Origin: an uncultured Syntrophus sp.
GTDB taxonomy: Bacteria > Desulfobacterota > Syntrophorhabdia > Syntrophorhabdales > Syntrophorhabdaceae
Length of the DNA: 54,785 bases
Direction of reading: 5' to 3'
Assembly: GCA_964644085.1 (NCBI GenBank)
Contig: CAZXVZ010000001.1
Location: forward strand, 1 to 54,785
Numbering within the stretch: the stretch's first letter is position 1; every line of letters starts with the position of its first letter. Shown one piece after another: positions 8,877 through 16,557 of the stretch. The position numbers were made by a program, and so were the translations under genes. The notes below the pieces were generated by a model. It worked only from the letters and a program-made list of their open reading frames with translations, had not been told where the DNA came from and did not search any database.

Positions 8877-10719
8877 AGCATTACAAAGAGATGAAATGCA
8901 GGAAATCATTGATGAATTTATCGCTGAATCCAGTGAGTTAATGGATAATGTAATTCGGGATGTTATTACGATAGAACAAAACCCGGATGAAGAGATGATT
9001 AACAGCATATTCCGTGCCGTCCATACCATAAAAGGGACGTCGAGCTTCTTGGGGTTTAATCTGCTCTCCAACCTGGCTCATAAAGCTGAGGATGTTCTCG
9101 GGTTGGTACGGAAAGGAGAGTTAAAAACAGATCAGGAATCGGCCGATGTACTTCTCGAGACTTTTGATTTAATAAAGATGATCATTAACGATATTCGATC
9201 GGACGGCACAGAGAAGCATGATATTTCTGCAGTCCTGGAAAAATTGAAGTTCCTTATGGAGGATAACAAAAATAAGGAGAAGAAATCCCCAGGGGAGCCG
9301 AAAAAATTAGGCGAGATTCTTCTTGAAGAAAATATTTTGACTAAAAGCGAACTTGATGATGTTTTGCAAAAACAAAAAAAAGAAAAAGATAAAAAAATAG
9401 GCGAAATCATTGTTGAGGAAAAGCTCGCCACTGAAGGGCAGATGAAAAAAATACTCTCCCAGCAGAAGTCGGTCAGTAAGGAAGAACAAAGCGTCCGCAT
9501 TGATGTTAAAAAACTTGATGAACTGATGAACCTTGTCGGTGAACTTGTCCTTGGGAAGAACAGGTTAATTCTCGTAAACAGCCTGGCAAAGAGAGAGGAG
9601 ACCAACGAAGCCGTATTTGATAATCTTACCGATGTGACGAGCTATATTGAAACCATCACAAACGAACTCCAGCTTTCCGTAATGCGGGCCCGCCTTGTTC
9701 CTGTCGGCAAAGTATTTAATAAGATACCCAGAATGGTCAGGGACCTCTGCGCTGAATTCAAAAAAGATATTGAACTGAAAGTTGAAGGCGAAGAAACCGA
9801 GCTGGACAGGTCATTAATAGAAGCGCTGGTGGACCCTATCGTCCATATTATCAGAAATTCCATTGATCATGGTATCGAACTACCGGATGAGCGGGAAAAG
9901 AAAGGAAAGGAAAGAAAGGGTATTCTTTCGATTCAGGCATATAATGAAGGGAACCACGTTATCATAGAAGTTTTCGACGACGGAAAAGGAATCAACCTGC
10001 AGGCTGTGAAAGATAAGGTGATGGAAAAAGGACTCATGACCGAGGCTGAACTGACAGGACTTTCACCAAAGGAAGCAATGAACCTCATTTTTATCCCCGG
10101 ACTCAGCACTGTGCAGAAGGTGAGCAGCGTCTCCGGCAGGGGCGTGGGAATGGATGTGGTGAAAACAAACATAGAAAAAATGAACGGTCAGGTCTACATC
10201 GATTCGGAAGAAGGCCGGTGGACAAAGCTTACCATTAAACTTCCGCTCACACTTGCTATTATGAGGGCATTGATTGTCAGGGTTGAAGATGAACTTTTCG
10301 CGATCCCTCTGAATACCGTTACCGAACTGGTAAAACTGGCAGAAGGGACCATTAAGACGGTTGATAAGAATGAAGTCATGATACTGAGAAACGCAGTTAT
10401 CCCCCTCGTAGACTTGTTAAGGACTTTTTCCATACAGAAAGAAGAAAGAAAAGACGGTTATGTCATCATCTGCAATATAGGAGAAAAAACGGTCGGAATC
10501 AAAGTGCATTCCGTCGTGGGCCAGGAGGAAGTGGTGATTAAACCGCTTGGAGAATTTTTAAAGAATATCAAAGGTATCAGCGGTGCGACAATAAGAGGTG
10601 ACGGAAAAGTAATCCTCATCCTTGATATTCCTTCCGTAATTATCCATTACAGCAATCAAAAGAAGGCATACGCGCATCTGCACAATGTTGTTGGCACACC
10701 GGCAACTGCCTTGAACTGA
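8869..10719 (+). CDS. cheA: Chemotaxis histidine kinase CheA (P2 region replaced by a K/E-rich linker with tandem MshEN-like motifs)
   Basis: 616 aa. The Hpt domain carries AVHTIKGTSSFLG. The HATPase_c domain shows HIIRNSIDHGIE, DDGKGIN and GRGVGMDVV. A CheW-like P5 domain is at the C-terminus. Confidence 0.95.
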   Translation: MDEALQRDEMQEIIDEFIAESSELMDNVIRDVITIEQNPDEEMINSIFRAVHTIKGTSSFLGFNLLSNLAHKAEDVLGLVRKGELKTDQESADVLLETFDLIKMIINDIRSDGTEKHDISAVLEKLKFLMEDNKNKEKKSPGEPKKLGEILLEENILTKSELDDVLQKQKKEKDKKIGEIIVEEKLATEGQMKKILSQQKSVSKEEQSVRIDVKKLDELMNLVGELVLGKNRLILVNSLAKREETNEAVFDNLTDVTSYIETITNELQLSVMRARLVPVGKVFNKIPRMVRDLCAEFKKDIELKVEGEETELDRSLIEALVDPIVHIIRNSIDHGIELPDEREKKGKERKGILSIQAYNEGNHVIIEVFDDGKGINLQAVKDKVMEKGLMTEAELTGLSPKEAMNLIFIPGLSTVQKVSSVSGRGVGMDVVKTNIEKMNGQVYIDSEEGRWTKLTIKLPLTLAIMRALIVRVEDELFAIPLNTVTELVKLAEGTIKTVDKNEVMILRNAVIPLVDLLRTFSIQKEERKDGYVIICNIGEKTVGIKVHSVVGQEEVVIKPLGEFLKNIKGISGATIRGDGKVILILDIPSVIIHYSNQKKAYAHLHNVVGTPATALN

Positions 10720-10786
10720 AAAACAGCTCACGGTTGAAAATGAATTTGTCACATTTAAGATATCGGAAAGAATTATGAAAGCGTGA

Positions 10787-10810
10787 TTAATCAACTTCGC
10801 CGTTGATTAA
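10787..10810. repeat. Perfect 9-bp inverted repeat (TTAATCAAC-N6-GTTGATTAA) downstream of cheA
   Basis: Read directly from the sequence, about 70 nt after the cheA stop and just upstream of the cheW promoter. It is an AT-rich hairpin with no T-run. It could be an operator or a weak terminator. Confidence 0.3.
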
Positions 10811-10832
10811 GAAATAAATAGATAAAATAATT

Positions 10833-10858
10833 TAAGTATAACAAGGATTTTCCGATTA
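10833..10858 (+). promoter_or_regulatory. Sigma-28-like promoter ahead of cheW
   Basis: TAAG-N16-CGATTA (TAAGTATAACAAGGATTTTCCGATTA). The -10 element has one mismatch. It ends 23 nt upstream of the cheW ATG. Confidence 0.4.
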
Positions 10859-10881
10859 AATAGAATAGGGAGGAAGATCTT

Positions 10882-11349
10882 ATGAATGAAGCAAAAATCC
10901 TGCAACTTGTAACCTTTAAACTTGGCAGTGAAGAATTCGGGGTAGATATTTTGAAAGTGCAGGAAATCATTAAGATGATGAACATTACAAAGATACCCAA
11001 TGCCCCTGTATTTATTGAAGGAGTGATCAATCTGAGGGGTAAAATTATTCCTATAATTGACCTCAGAAAAAGGCTGGGATTTAAGGATCAGGACTACGAT
11101 AAATCAACGAGAATCATTGTTGTTGAACTTGACGGGCTGGTTCTCGGATTTATTGTCGATTCTGTTTCAGAAGTGTTGAGAATACCGGAAAATACGATAG
11201 AACCGCCACCGTCAATGGTCGCAGGGATAGAATCTGAGTATATAGAAGGAGTAGGCAAGCTTGATGACAGGCTCCTCATATTGCTTGAACTGAAGAAGAT
11301 TTTTACATCACCTGAAAAAAAAGATATAGAAAATATCGATGTTGGTTAG
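10882..11349 (+). CDS. cheW: Chemotaxis coupling protein CheW
   Basis: 155 aa single CheW-like domain (FGVDILKVQEII...PNAPVFIEGVINLRGKIIPIIDLRKRLG). A GGGAGGA ribosome-binding site lies upstream. Confidence 0.95.
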   Translation: MNEAKILQLVTFKLGSEEFGVDILKVQEIIKMMNITKIPNAPVFIEGVINLRGKIIPIIDLRKRLGFKDQDYDKSTRIIVVELDGLVLGFIVDSVSEVLRIPENTIEPPPSMVAGIESEYIEGVGKLDDRLLILLELKKIFTSPEKKDIENIDVG

Positions 11350-11510
11350 AATATAAATGATTTTGATGAGCAACATACAATAATCTCTTTCTGAGCCCTG
11401 GTATTGTGAGCGGTATTTTCTGATCTCCTGATTAAAAAATAAGCGAAAAAGAGGAGAAAAAAAACGAATAACGGAAACCACTATTATTCGCTGTGATGAT
11501 AATGAAATGC

Positions 11511-11537
11511 TAAAGTTTTGCGAAAAAAAAACGATAA
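11511..11537 (+). promoter_or_regulatory. Sigma-28 promoter ahead of flgM
   Basis: TAAAGTTTT-...-CGATAA, i.e. TAAA-N17-CGATAA (TAAAGTTTTGCGAAAAAAAAACGATAA). The -35 element matches the extended TAAAGTTT consensus. It ends 30 nt upstream of the ATG. Confidence 0.6.
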
Positions 11538-11566
11538 TATATGTAAGCAGAAAAGGCAGGTCTTAA

Positions 11567-11863
11567 ATGGTGGACGACAAAAACATTAATTTCCTTGATA
11601 ACCTGGCAGGACTTGCGGAGAAAAAGATGCAAAAAAAGAGGGCCGGCAAAGAAAGCAGCAACAATGCCGTTGTGAAGGTCGCGCTCTTTGCGAAAAAACA
11701 GGAAATTAATGCGCTGAAAGAAAGGGTTAGAGCAGAACCTTTCATTCGCATGGAAAAAGTGAATGAGATAAGAACATTAATAAAGAATGAAGCATTCACG
11801 ATTAACAGTAAGCTTGTCGTGAGAAGCATTTTAAAAAATCACCTCCTTGATGAGTTGTTATGA
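11567..11863 (+). CDS. flgM: Anti-sigma-28 factor FlgM
   Basis: 98 aa. The C-terminus EKVNEIRTLIKNEAFTINSKLVVRSIL resembles the conserved FlgM sigma-28-binding end. The gene has its own sigma-28 promoter, and the next gene overlaps it by ATGA. Confidence 0.7.
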   Translation: MVDDKNINFLDNLAGLAEKKMQKKRAGKESSNNAVVKVALFAKKQEINALKERVRAEPFIRMEKVNEIRTLIKNEAFTINSKLVVRSILKNHLLDELL

Positions 11864-12291
11864 TGAATAATCATGCGCTTTTAGAGATAACACGTAAAGA
11901 AAAGGAAGCCCTCAATGAATACTTGAAAGTTCTTCATAGAGAAAGGGATTCAATTGTCTCTTTTTCACTCGAGGGGGTTATCCGGGGGAACAGCGAAAAA
12001 GAAGATATAATAAAAATAATAGAGCATTTAGAGAAAGAGAAACATAGGCTTACTCAATCTGTTAACAAGGAAAATGCGGTGTTTCAAAGCGAAACATGGA
12101 AGCTGTTAAGGGCAGAGATGGCACAGATAGTAAGAGAAATTAAGACAGTGGTCAAGAACAACATAAAATTGCTGGTGTTCTCGGTGGATTTCACGAAATC
12201 ATCTATGGAGCATGTCCTTATTTTTGTCAATAACTTCAAGTTTGACAAAAACGAAGAAAAAAGACCGGTTTTTCACTCAAAGGTGATTTGA
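11860..12291 (+). CDS. flgN: FlgN-like flagellar export chaperone (context-based call)
   Basis: 143 aa, E/K-rich and helical-looking, translationally coupled to flgM. The call rests on size, composition and the conserved flgM-flgN order, not on a diagnostic motif. Confidence 0.45.
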   Translation: MMNNHALLEITRKEKEALNEYLKVLHRERDSIVSFSLEGVIRGNSEKEDIIKIIEHLEKEKHRLTQSVNKENAVFQSETWKLLRAEMAQIVREIKTVVKNNIKLLVFSVDFTKSSMEHVLIFVNNFKFDKNEEKRPVFHSKVI

Positions 12292-12375
12292 AATGAATAC
12301 AAAGACAATGCCGCAAACCCGCCGAAAACACCCCGCAAACATGATGAACAACTATTTGGAGATATCTGGAAATCT

Positions 12376-12401
12376 TAAGTATCCGGTTTTCTGTCCGATA
12401 A
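12376..12401 (+). promoter_or_regulatory. Sigma-28 promoter ahead of the 66-aa ORF / response-regulator unit
   Basis: TAAG-N16-CGATAA (TAAGTATCCGGTTTTCTGTCCGATAA). It ends 18 nt upstream of the ATG at 12419. Confidence 0.55.
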
Positions 12402-12418
12402 TAGTATAGGAGTTATTT

Positions 12419-12619
12419 ATGACAATTACGGATTATCAGATAAACAGCATTATAAAGACGTACATGAAGAACATGAAAATCAGGGCAACGTGCAGGGACA
12501 AATTTGATGAGCTGATGATAAAAGATGAGATGAACATTTCAAGAGAAGCCGTAAAAAAAGTGATATATAACCGAATAGGAGAGCGGGTAACAGAAAAACT
12601 GAAAAAGAATGAACGATAA
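12419..12619 (+). CDS. Small hypothetical protein (66 aa, K/E-rich)
   Basis: An AGGAG ribosome-binding site lies 6 nt upstream and a sigma-28 promoter is immediately upstream. The 3' end overlaps the next gene by 11 nt. I recognise no motif. Confidence 0.5.
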   Translation: MTITDYQINSIIKTYMKNMKIRATCRDKFDELMIKDEMNISREAVKKVIYNRIGERVTEKLKKNER

Positions 12620-13190
12620 TAGCGAAGATTTCAAAATACTTGTTGTGGATGATAGCAGGGAATTACGAGAGATTCTTGAAGAATATCTCGGAAGTGAGGG
12701 TGATAACGTGGAGGGGGCCGGTAATGGGAAAGAGGCCCTCGAAAAACACAGAAAGAATTATTACGATCTCATCATCACTGATTTGAATATGCCGGAACTA
12801 CCGGGTATGGAATTGATTAAAACGATTCGGAAAGAAAATGATATTACCGAATTCGTGATTATTACCGGCTACGCTTCAATAGACAGCGCTGTTGAAGCAA
12901 TAAAGGCCGGCGCTTTTGACTACATTGTAAAGCCATTCAGAATGGAAGAACTGAAGGTTGTTGTAAAAAATGTCCGTGAAAAGGTAAGACTCAAGAAACT
13001 GAATGCACAGCTTTACGATGCTCTGAAAAACTTTAATGACGAAATAGATAAGTATCGTCATCAAAGCGGGGACTGCGTCGTCGACAATGAACCAAAAGAA
13101 GTAATCTTTCAATCCATCAGTAGCGCGGAAAAGATTGTCAAAGAGATAAAAAACTTTGAAAAAGTCAGAAAAAGCAGATTCTCCTGCTGA
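12609..13190 (+). CDS. Response regulator, receiver domain plus helical C-terminal tail, no recognisable output domain
   Basis: 193 aa. The receiver motifs are ILVVDDSRELRE, LIITDLNMPELPG and FDYIVKPF. Confidence 0.85.
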   Translation: MNDNSEDFKILVVDDSRELREILEEYLGSEGDNVEGAGNGKEALEKHRKNYYDLIITDLNMPELPGMELIKTIRKENDITEFVIITGYASIDSAVEAIKAGAFDYIVKPFRMEELKVVVKNVREKVRLKKLNAQLYDALKNFNDEIDKYRHQSGDCVVDNEPKEVIFQSISSAEKIVKEIKNFEKVRKSRFSC

Positions 13191-13231
13191 TTAACCGTAG
13201 GGTTGTTAAAAACGAATAGGGAAAATGCGAC

Positions 13232-14692
13232 ATGATCAGTGGTTCCCAGGTGCTTATCGTTGATGACAGTCCCGAGATTATTGAAATACTCTCGGATTTC
13301 TTTACCCTTAATAATTGTGATATTTATAAGGCGTTGACAGGCAAGGAAGCCCTTAAAATCCTCGATAAGAAAGATGTTGAAGTCGTTATTCTTGACGTAA
13401 AATTGCCTGATATAAACGGAATATCGCTTCTCAGCATGATCAAAGAGAGCAAACCTGCAACTGCTGTTATTATGGCCACGGGTCATTACGAACTCAATTT
13501 TGTCGTTGAGGCGATGAAAAGGGGGGCTTCTGATTTCTTGTTCAAACCTTTTGAGTTTGAAAAACTTATGCTTGTCATGATGAGAGTCTTGAGAGAAAGG
13601 AAACTATTAATTGAGAAAGAGTATATGCTTCATAACCTTGAAGATAAGAGAAAAATAGAGGTATTAAACAGAGAACTCCATAAAAAGATAAAAGAACTGA
13701 CAACCATGTACAATATTTCCAATAAATTTAATTCCATCAATATATGCGACGATGTTTATGAAAAGATGATACAGATGGTGGGAGATGTATTGGATGTAAA
13801 GTCCTGCGGATATTACATTGCCGACGGCGACGGCAAGCTTGTACTATACACGGGTTTTATGAATAATAATAAGGAACTTGTAAAGGGACAAAAAATTGCC
13901 ATAGTTGACGAGATGTTAAAGGAATGCGGGACGTCCAGAAGACATGTTTTACAGGGAAACAGAATATACCTGCCTCTCGTCATTAAGGGCGAATCAATCG
14001 GATATATCATGGCCGAAACAAACGGAAATGGAAAAAACAATAATCGCCTTGAGAACGAGGCGTTTATTTTAAAACTCATCGCAGAGAAAGCTTCCACGTA
14101 TATTGAAAACAGAATGCTCTACGAAAGTCTCTTTGAAAATATTCTCCATACATTAAAATCTCTTATCGCTGCCATTAATAAGAGAGATTTGTACACAGAA
14201 GGCCATTGCAAGCGTGTTACGGAGATGAGTCTCCTGTTAGGAGAAAGAATGGGGATCACCGAGTACGAAATGGATGTCATACGAGTGGTGGGGCCTGTCC
14301 ATGATCTTGGGAAAATAGGTATTCCAGATTCAATATTACTGAAACCCTCTGGGCTTACAGATGCCGAATATTCCATGATGAAAAGTCACTCAATTTATGG
14401 AGAAGAAATAATGAGCAGGTTCGAAATCCTTTCCAATGAAGCAAAAATTATACGTCATCATCACGAAAGATACGATGGAACCGGATACCCTGATAATTTG
14501 CATGGCGAGGAAATACCTGTATGTTCACGCATCATAGCCGTCAGCGATGCCTGTGACGCAATGACCGATAGACCTTACAGAAAAGCAGTCACAAAAGATG
14601 AAATCGCGACTGAAATAAGACGTTGCAAGGGAAGCCAGTTTGACCCCCCCATGGCCGATCATATTGCTGATATAATACAAGAGGGCCATTAA
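13232..14692 (+). CDS. Response regulator with GAF-like and HD-GYP domains (c-di-GMP phosphodiesterase, RpfG type)
   Basis: 486 aa. The receiver shows VLIVDDSPEI and ILDVKLPDINGI. The central region is GAF-like. The HD-GYP domain carries HDLGKIGIPD and HHHERYDGTGYP. Confidence 0.9.
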   Translation: MISGSQVLIVDDSPEIIEILSDFFTLNNCDIYKALTGKEALKILDKKDVEVVILDVKLPDINGISLLSMIKESKPATAVIMATGHYELNFVVEAMKRGASDFLFKPFEFEKLMLVMMRVLRERKLLIEKEYMLHNLEDKRKIEVLNRELHKKIKELTTMYNISNKFNSINICDDVYEKMIQMVGDVLDVKSCGYYIADGDGKLVLYTGFMNNNKELVKGQKIAIVDEMLKECGTSRRHVLQGNRIYLPLVIKGESIGYIMAETNGNGKNNNRLENEAFILKLIAEKASTYIENRMLYESLFENILHTLKSLIAAINKRDLYTEGHCKRVTEMSLLLGERMGITEYEMDVIRVVGPVHDLGKIGIPDSILLKPSGLTDAEYSMMKSHSIYGEEIMSRFEILSNEAKIIRHHHERYDGTGYPDNLHGEEIPVCSRIIAVSDACDAMTDRPYRKAVTKDEIATEIRRCKGSQFDPPMADHIADIIQEGH

Positions 14693-14867
14693 GCCAAGAG
14701 AATCACCTTTTTCTGAATCATTAATGCCCGGTTGCAAAATCAGGATTGGAAATTTTCCGAAGATAATTTGCAAATAAAGTTTACTGAATATTTCATTTTG
14801 CTTTCGGAAGGCATGATATGCTATGTTTTCCCGGCTATTATTTTTTAAGAAGGGAGAGGCCAAAAGG

Positions 14868-15212
14868 ATGAACGAGGCCGATCATCGTCCATGGGGATTT
14901 TTTGAAGTATTATCCGACAGCCAGGATCATAAGGTAAAACGTGTTACTGTTGAGCCGGGAAAGCGTCTGAGTCTTCAGAGGCACAGGCAAAGAAGCGAAC
15001 ACTGGTTTATTGTATGCGGAGAATCTGTGGTGACGGTCGGTGACGAGGAAAAAAAAGTCGCGAGCGGTCAGACTGTTGATATACCCCGGGGTGTACTTCA
15101 CAGAATATTAAATACAGGCACGACGAATCTGGTTTACATAGAGATTCAGCTGGGAAGTTATTTCGGGGAGGACGACATAGAACGCGTAGAAGATGATTAC
15201 GGGCGGATTTAG
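14868..15212 (+). CDS. Cupin-domain protein resembling the C-terminal domain of type II mannose-6-phosphate isomerase
   Basis: MNEADHRPWGFFEVL...KVKRVTVEPGKRLSLQRHRQRSEHWFIV. I prefer the internal ATG at 14868 to the ORF-track start at 14823. Confidence 0.7.
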   Translation: MNEADHRPWGFFEVLSDSQDHKVKRVTVEPGKRLSLQRHRQRSEHWFIVCGESVVTVGDEEKKVASGQTVDIPRGVLHRILNTGTTNLVYIEIQLGSYFGEDDIERVEDDYGRI

Positions 15213-15339
15213 GAAAAAAGAAAAAATATAAAAGAGAAAAATAATTGTTGCATATTGTGCAGAATAAGGAGTATAAACTATTCACCAAGCGGTGGCGTTG
15301 AAAACCGCCATAATTCAAAATTCTAGAGGAGGGGTAAGT

Positions 15340-15609
15340 ATGACAAAGGCAGAATTAATCGGCAAAATGGCCTCGGGGGCAAAGATTTCAAAAGCAGCCG
15401 CCGGGAAATCTCTGGAGGCTTTTCTTGATGGCGTGAAAGCGGCCCTCAAGAAAGATGACAGGGTAACACTCGTAGGTTTTGGTACCTTTTCGGTTTCAAA
15501 GAGAAAAGCAAGAAAGGGAAGAAACCCGAGGACCGGCAAAGAAATCAAGATTCCCGCAAGGAAAGTGCCGAAGTTTACCGCAGGAAAAGCCCTCAAGGGA
15601 GCACTCTGA
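15340..15609 (+). CDS. hup: HU-family nucleoid-associated DNA-binding protein
   Basis: [11 protein letters not shown]...[49 protein letters not shown] ribosome-binding site precedes the ATG at 15340. Confidence 0.9.
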   Translation: MTKAELIGKMASGAKISKAAAGKSLEAFLDGVKAALKKDDRVTLVGFGTFSVSKRKARKGRNPRTGKEIKIPARKVPKFTAGKALKGAL

Positions 15610-15637
15610 TTTTTCAGGTATTCATAATTACAAAATG

Positions 15638-15665
15638 CCTCCCGGACTAAGGGAGGTATTTTTTT
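15638..15665. terminator. Bidirectional rho-independent terminator between hup (+) and hemC (-)
   Basis: CCTCCC-GGACTAA-GGGAGG hairpin followed by TATTTTTTT on the + strand. On the - strand it sits immediately after the hemC stop. Confidence 0.6.
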
Positions 15666-16557
15666 ATGCGAGTCCCGCCTTTACTTTCGAAAGAATCTTC
15701 GAAATGAGGGCGTCAACACTCTTTATGTTGCCGCTGTAAAGGTTGTGTATGAAAAGCGTGCCGTTATCTTTACCCATTGAGATATAAATTTTTACGGTGT
15801 TTCCGGTGATGACCGCCTGTATGCCGAGAGGCAGATGACATCCCCCGCCTATTCTGGAGAGAAGCGTTCTCTCGATCGCTATTTCACGAGAGGTGTGTCC
15901 GTCGTTTATTGGTTCAAGGAGTTCAAGCGCTTCCTCTTCATTTCTGATTTCAATTCCGATTGCCCCCTGACCACAGGAAGGAATCATAATGTTCAGAGGA
16001 ATTATCTCGCTGATATGTTCTTCCATGCCCAGCCTTTTTACTCCGGCGCATGCCAGAATAATACCATCCAGGTTATCTATTTGTATTTTTTTCAGACGTG
16101 TTTCTATATTTCCGCGTATCGGCACTACCTGCAGGGTTTTGTTCTGATTGAGTATCTGAGCTTTTCTTCTGAGGCTGCTTGTCCCTATCCTGGAGCCATT
16201 TTTAACCTCAGCCAGTTTATTGTACTTATGAGAGATGAAGACATCCCTCGGGTCTTCCCTTTCTAAGATTGCTCCGAGGAGGAGGTGCTCTTCAAGTTCA
16301 GCGGGAAGATCTTTTACGCTGTGCACGGCCAGATCAATTTTTTTGCTAAGAAGTTTCTCTTCTATCTCTTTTACGAAGAGGCCGTTGCTGCCTATGAGGT
16401 GTAGCGGCCTGTTTTGAACGGCATCACCTGTTGTTTTTATGACCTTGATGGTAAATTCAAGCTGCGGATGCGAGGATTGAAGTTTACGCAACGCGATCTG
16501 TGTCTGCCTGAGCGCGAGTTTGCTACCCCTGGTCCCAATTACCCATTTCCTCTTCAT
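15664..16557 (-). CDS. hemC: Hydroxymethylbilane synthase (porphobilinogen deaminase)
   Basis: 297 aa with IGTRGSKLALRQT, GNIETRL and GGCHLPLG. It lies downstream of hemA with a 35-nt overlap. Confidence 0.95.
   Translation of the reverse strand: MKRKWVIGTRGSKLALRQTQIALRKLQSSHPQLEFTIKVIKTTGDAVQNRPLHLIGSNGLFVKEIEEKLLSKKIDLAVHSVKDLPAELEEHLLLGAILEREDPRDVFISHKYNKLAEVKNGSRIGTSSLRRKAQILNQNKTLQVVPIRGNIETRLKKIQIDNLDGIILACAGVKRLGMEEHISEIIPLNIMIPSCGQGAIGIEIRNEEEALELLEPINDGHTSREIAIERTLLSRIGGGCHLPLGIQAVITGNTVKIYISMGKDNGTLFIHNLYSGNIKSVDALISKILSKVKAGLA

Noticed and set aside
9240-9480. A-rich low-complexity DNA (AAAAAAAAGAAAAAGATAAAAAAATAGG...), considered as a possible repeat or hypervariable tract.
   Set aside because: It is in frame within cheA and encodes the K/E-rich linker. 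It has no tandem nucleotide repeat unit. The interest lies at the protein level (the MshEN-like motifs).
12293-12406. A 37-aa basic ORF (MNTKTMPQTRRKHPANMM...) between flgN and the 66-aa ORF.
   Set aside because: It has no ribosome-binding site, it runs through the sigma-28 promoter at 12376-12401, and it has low-complexity basic composition. It is probably non-coding.
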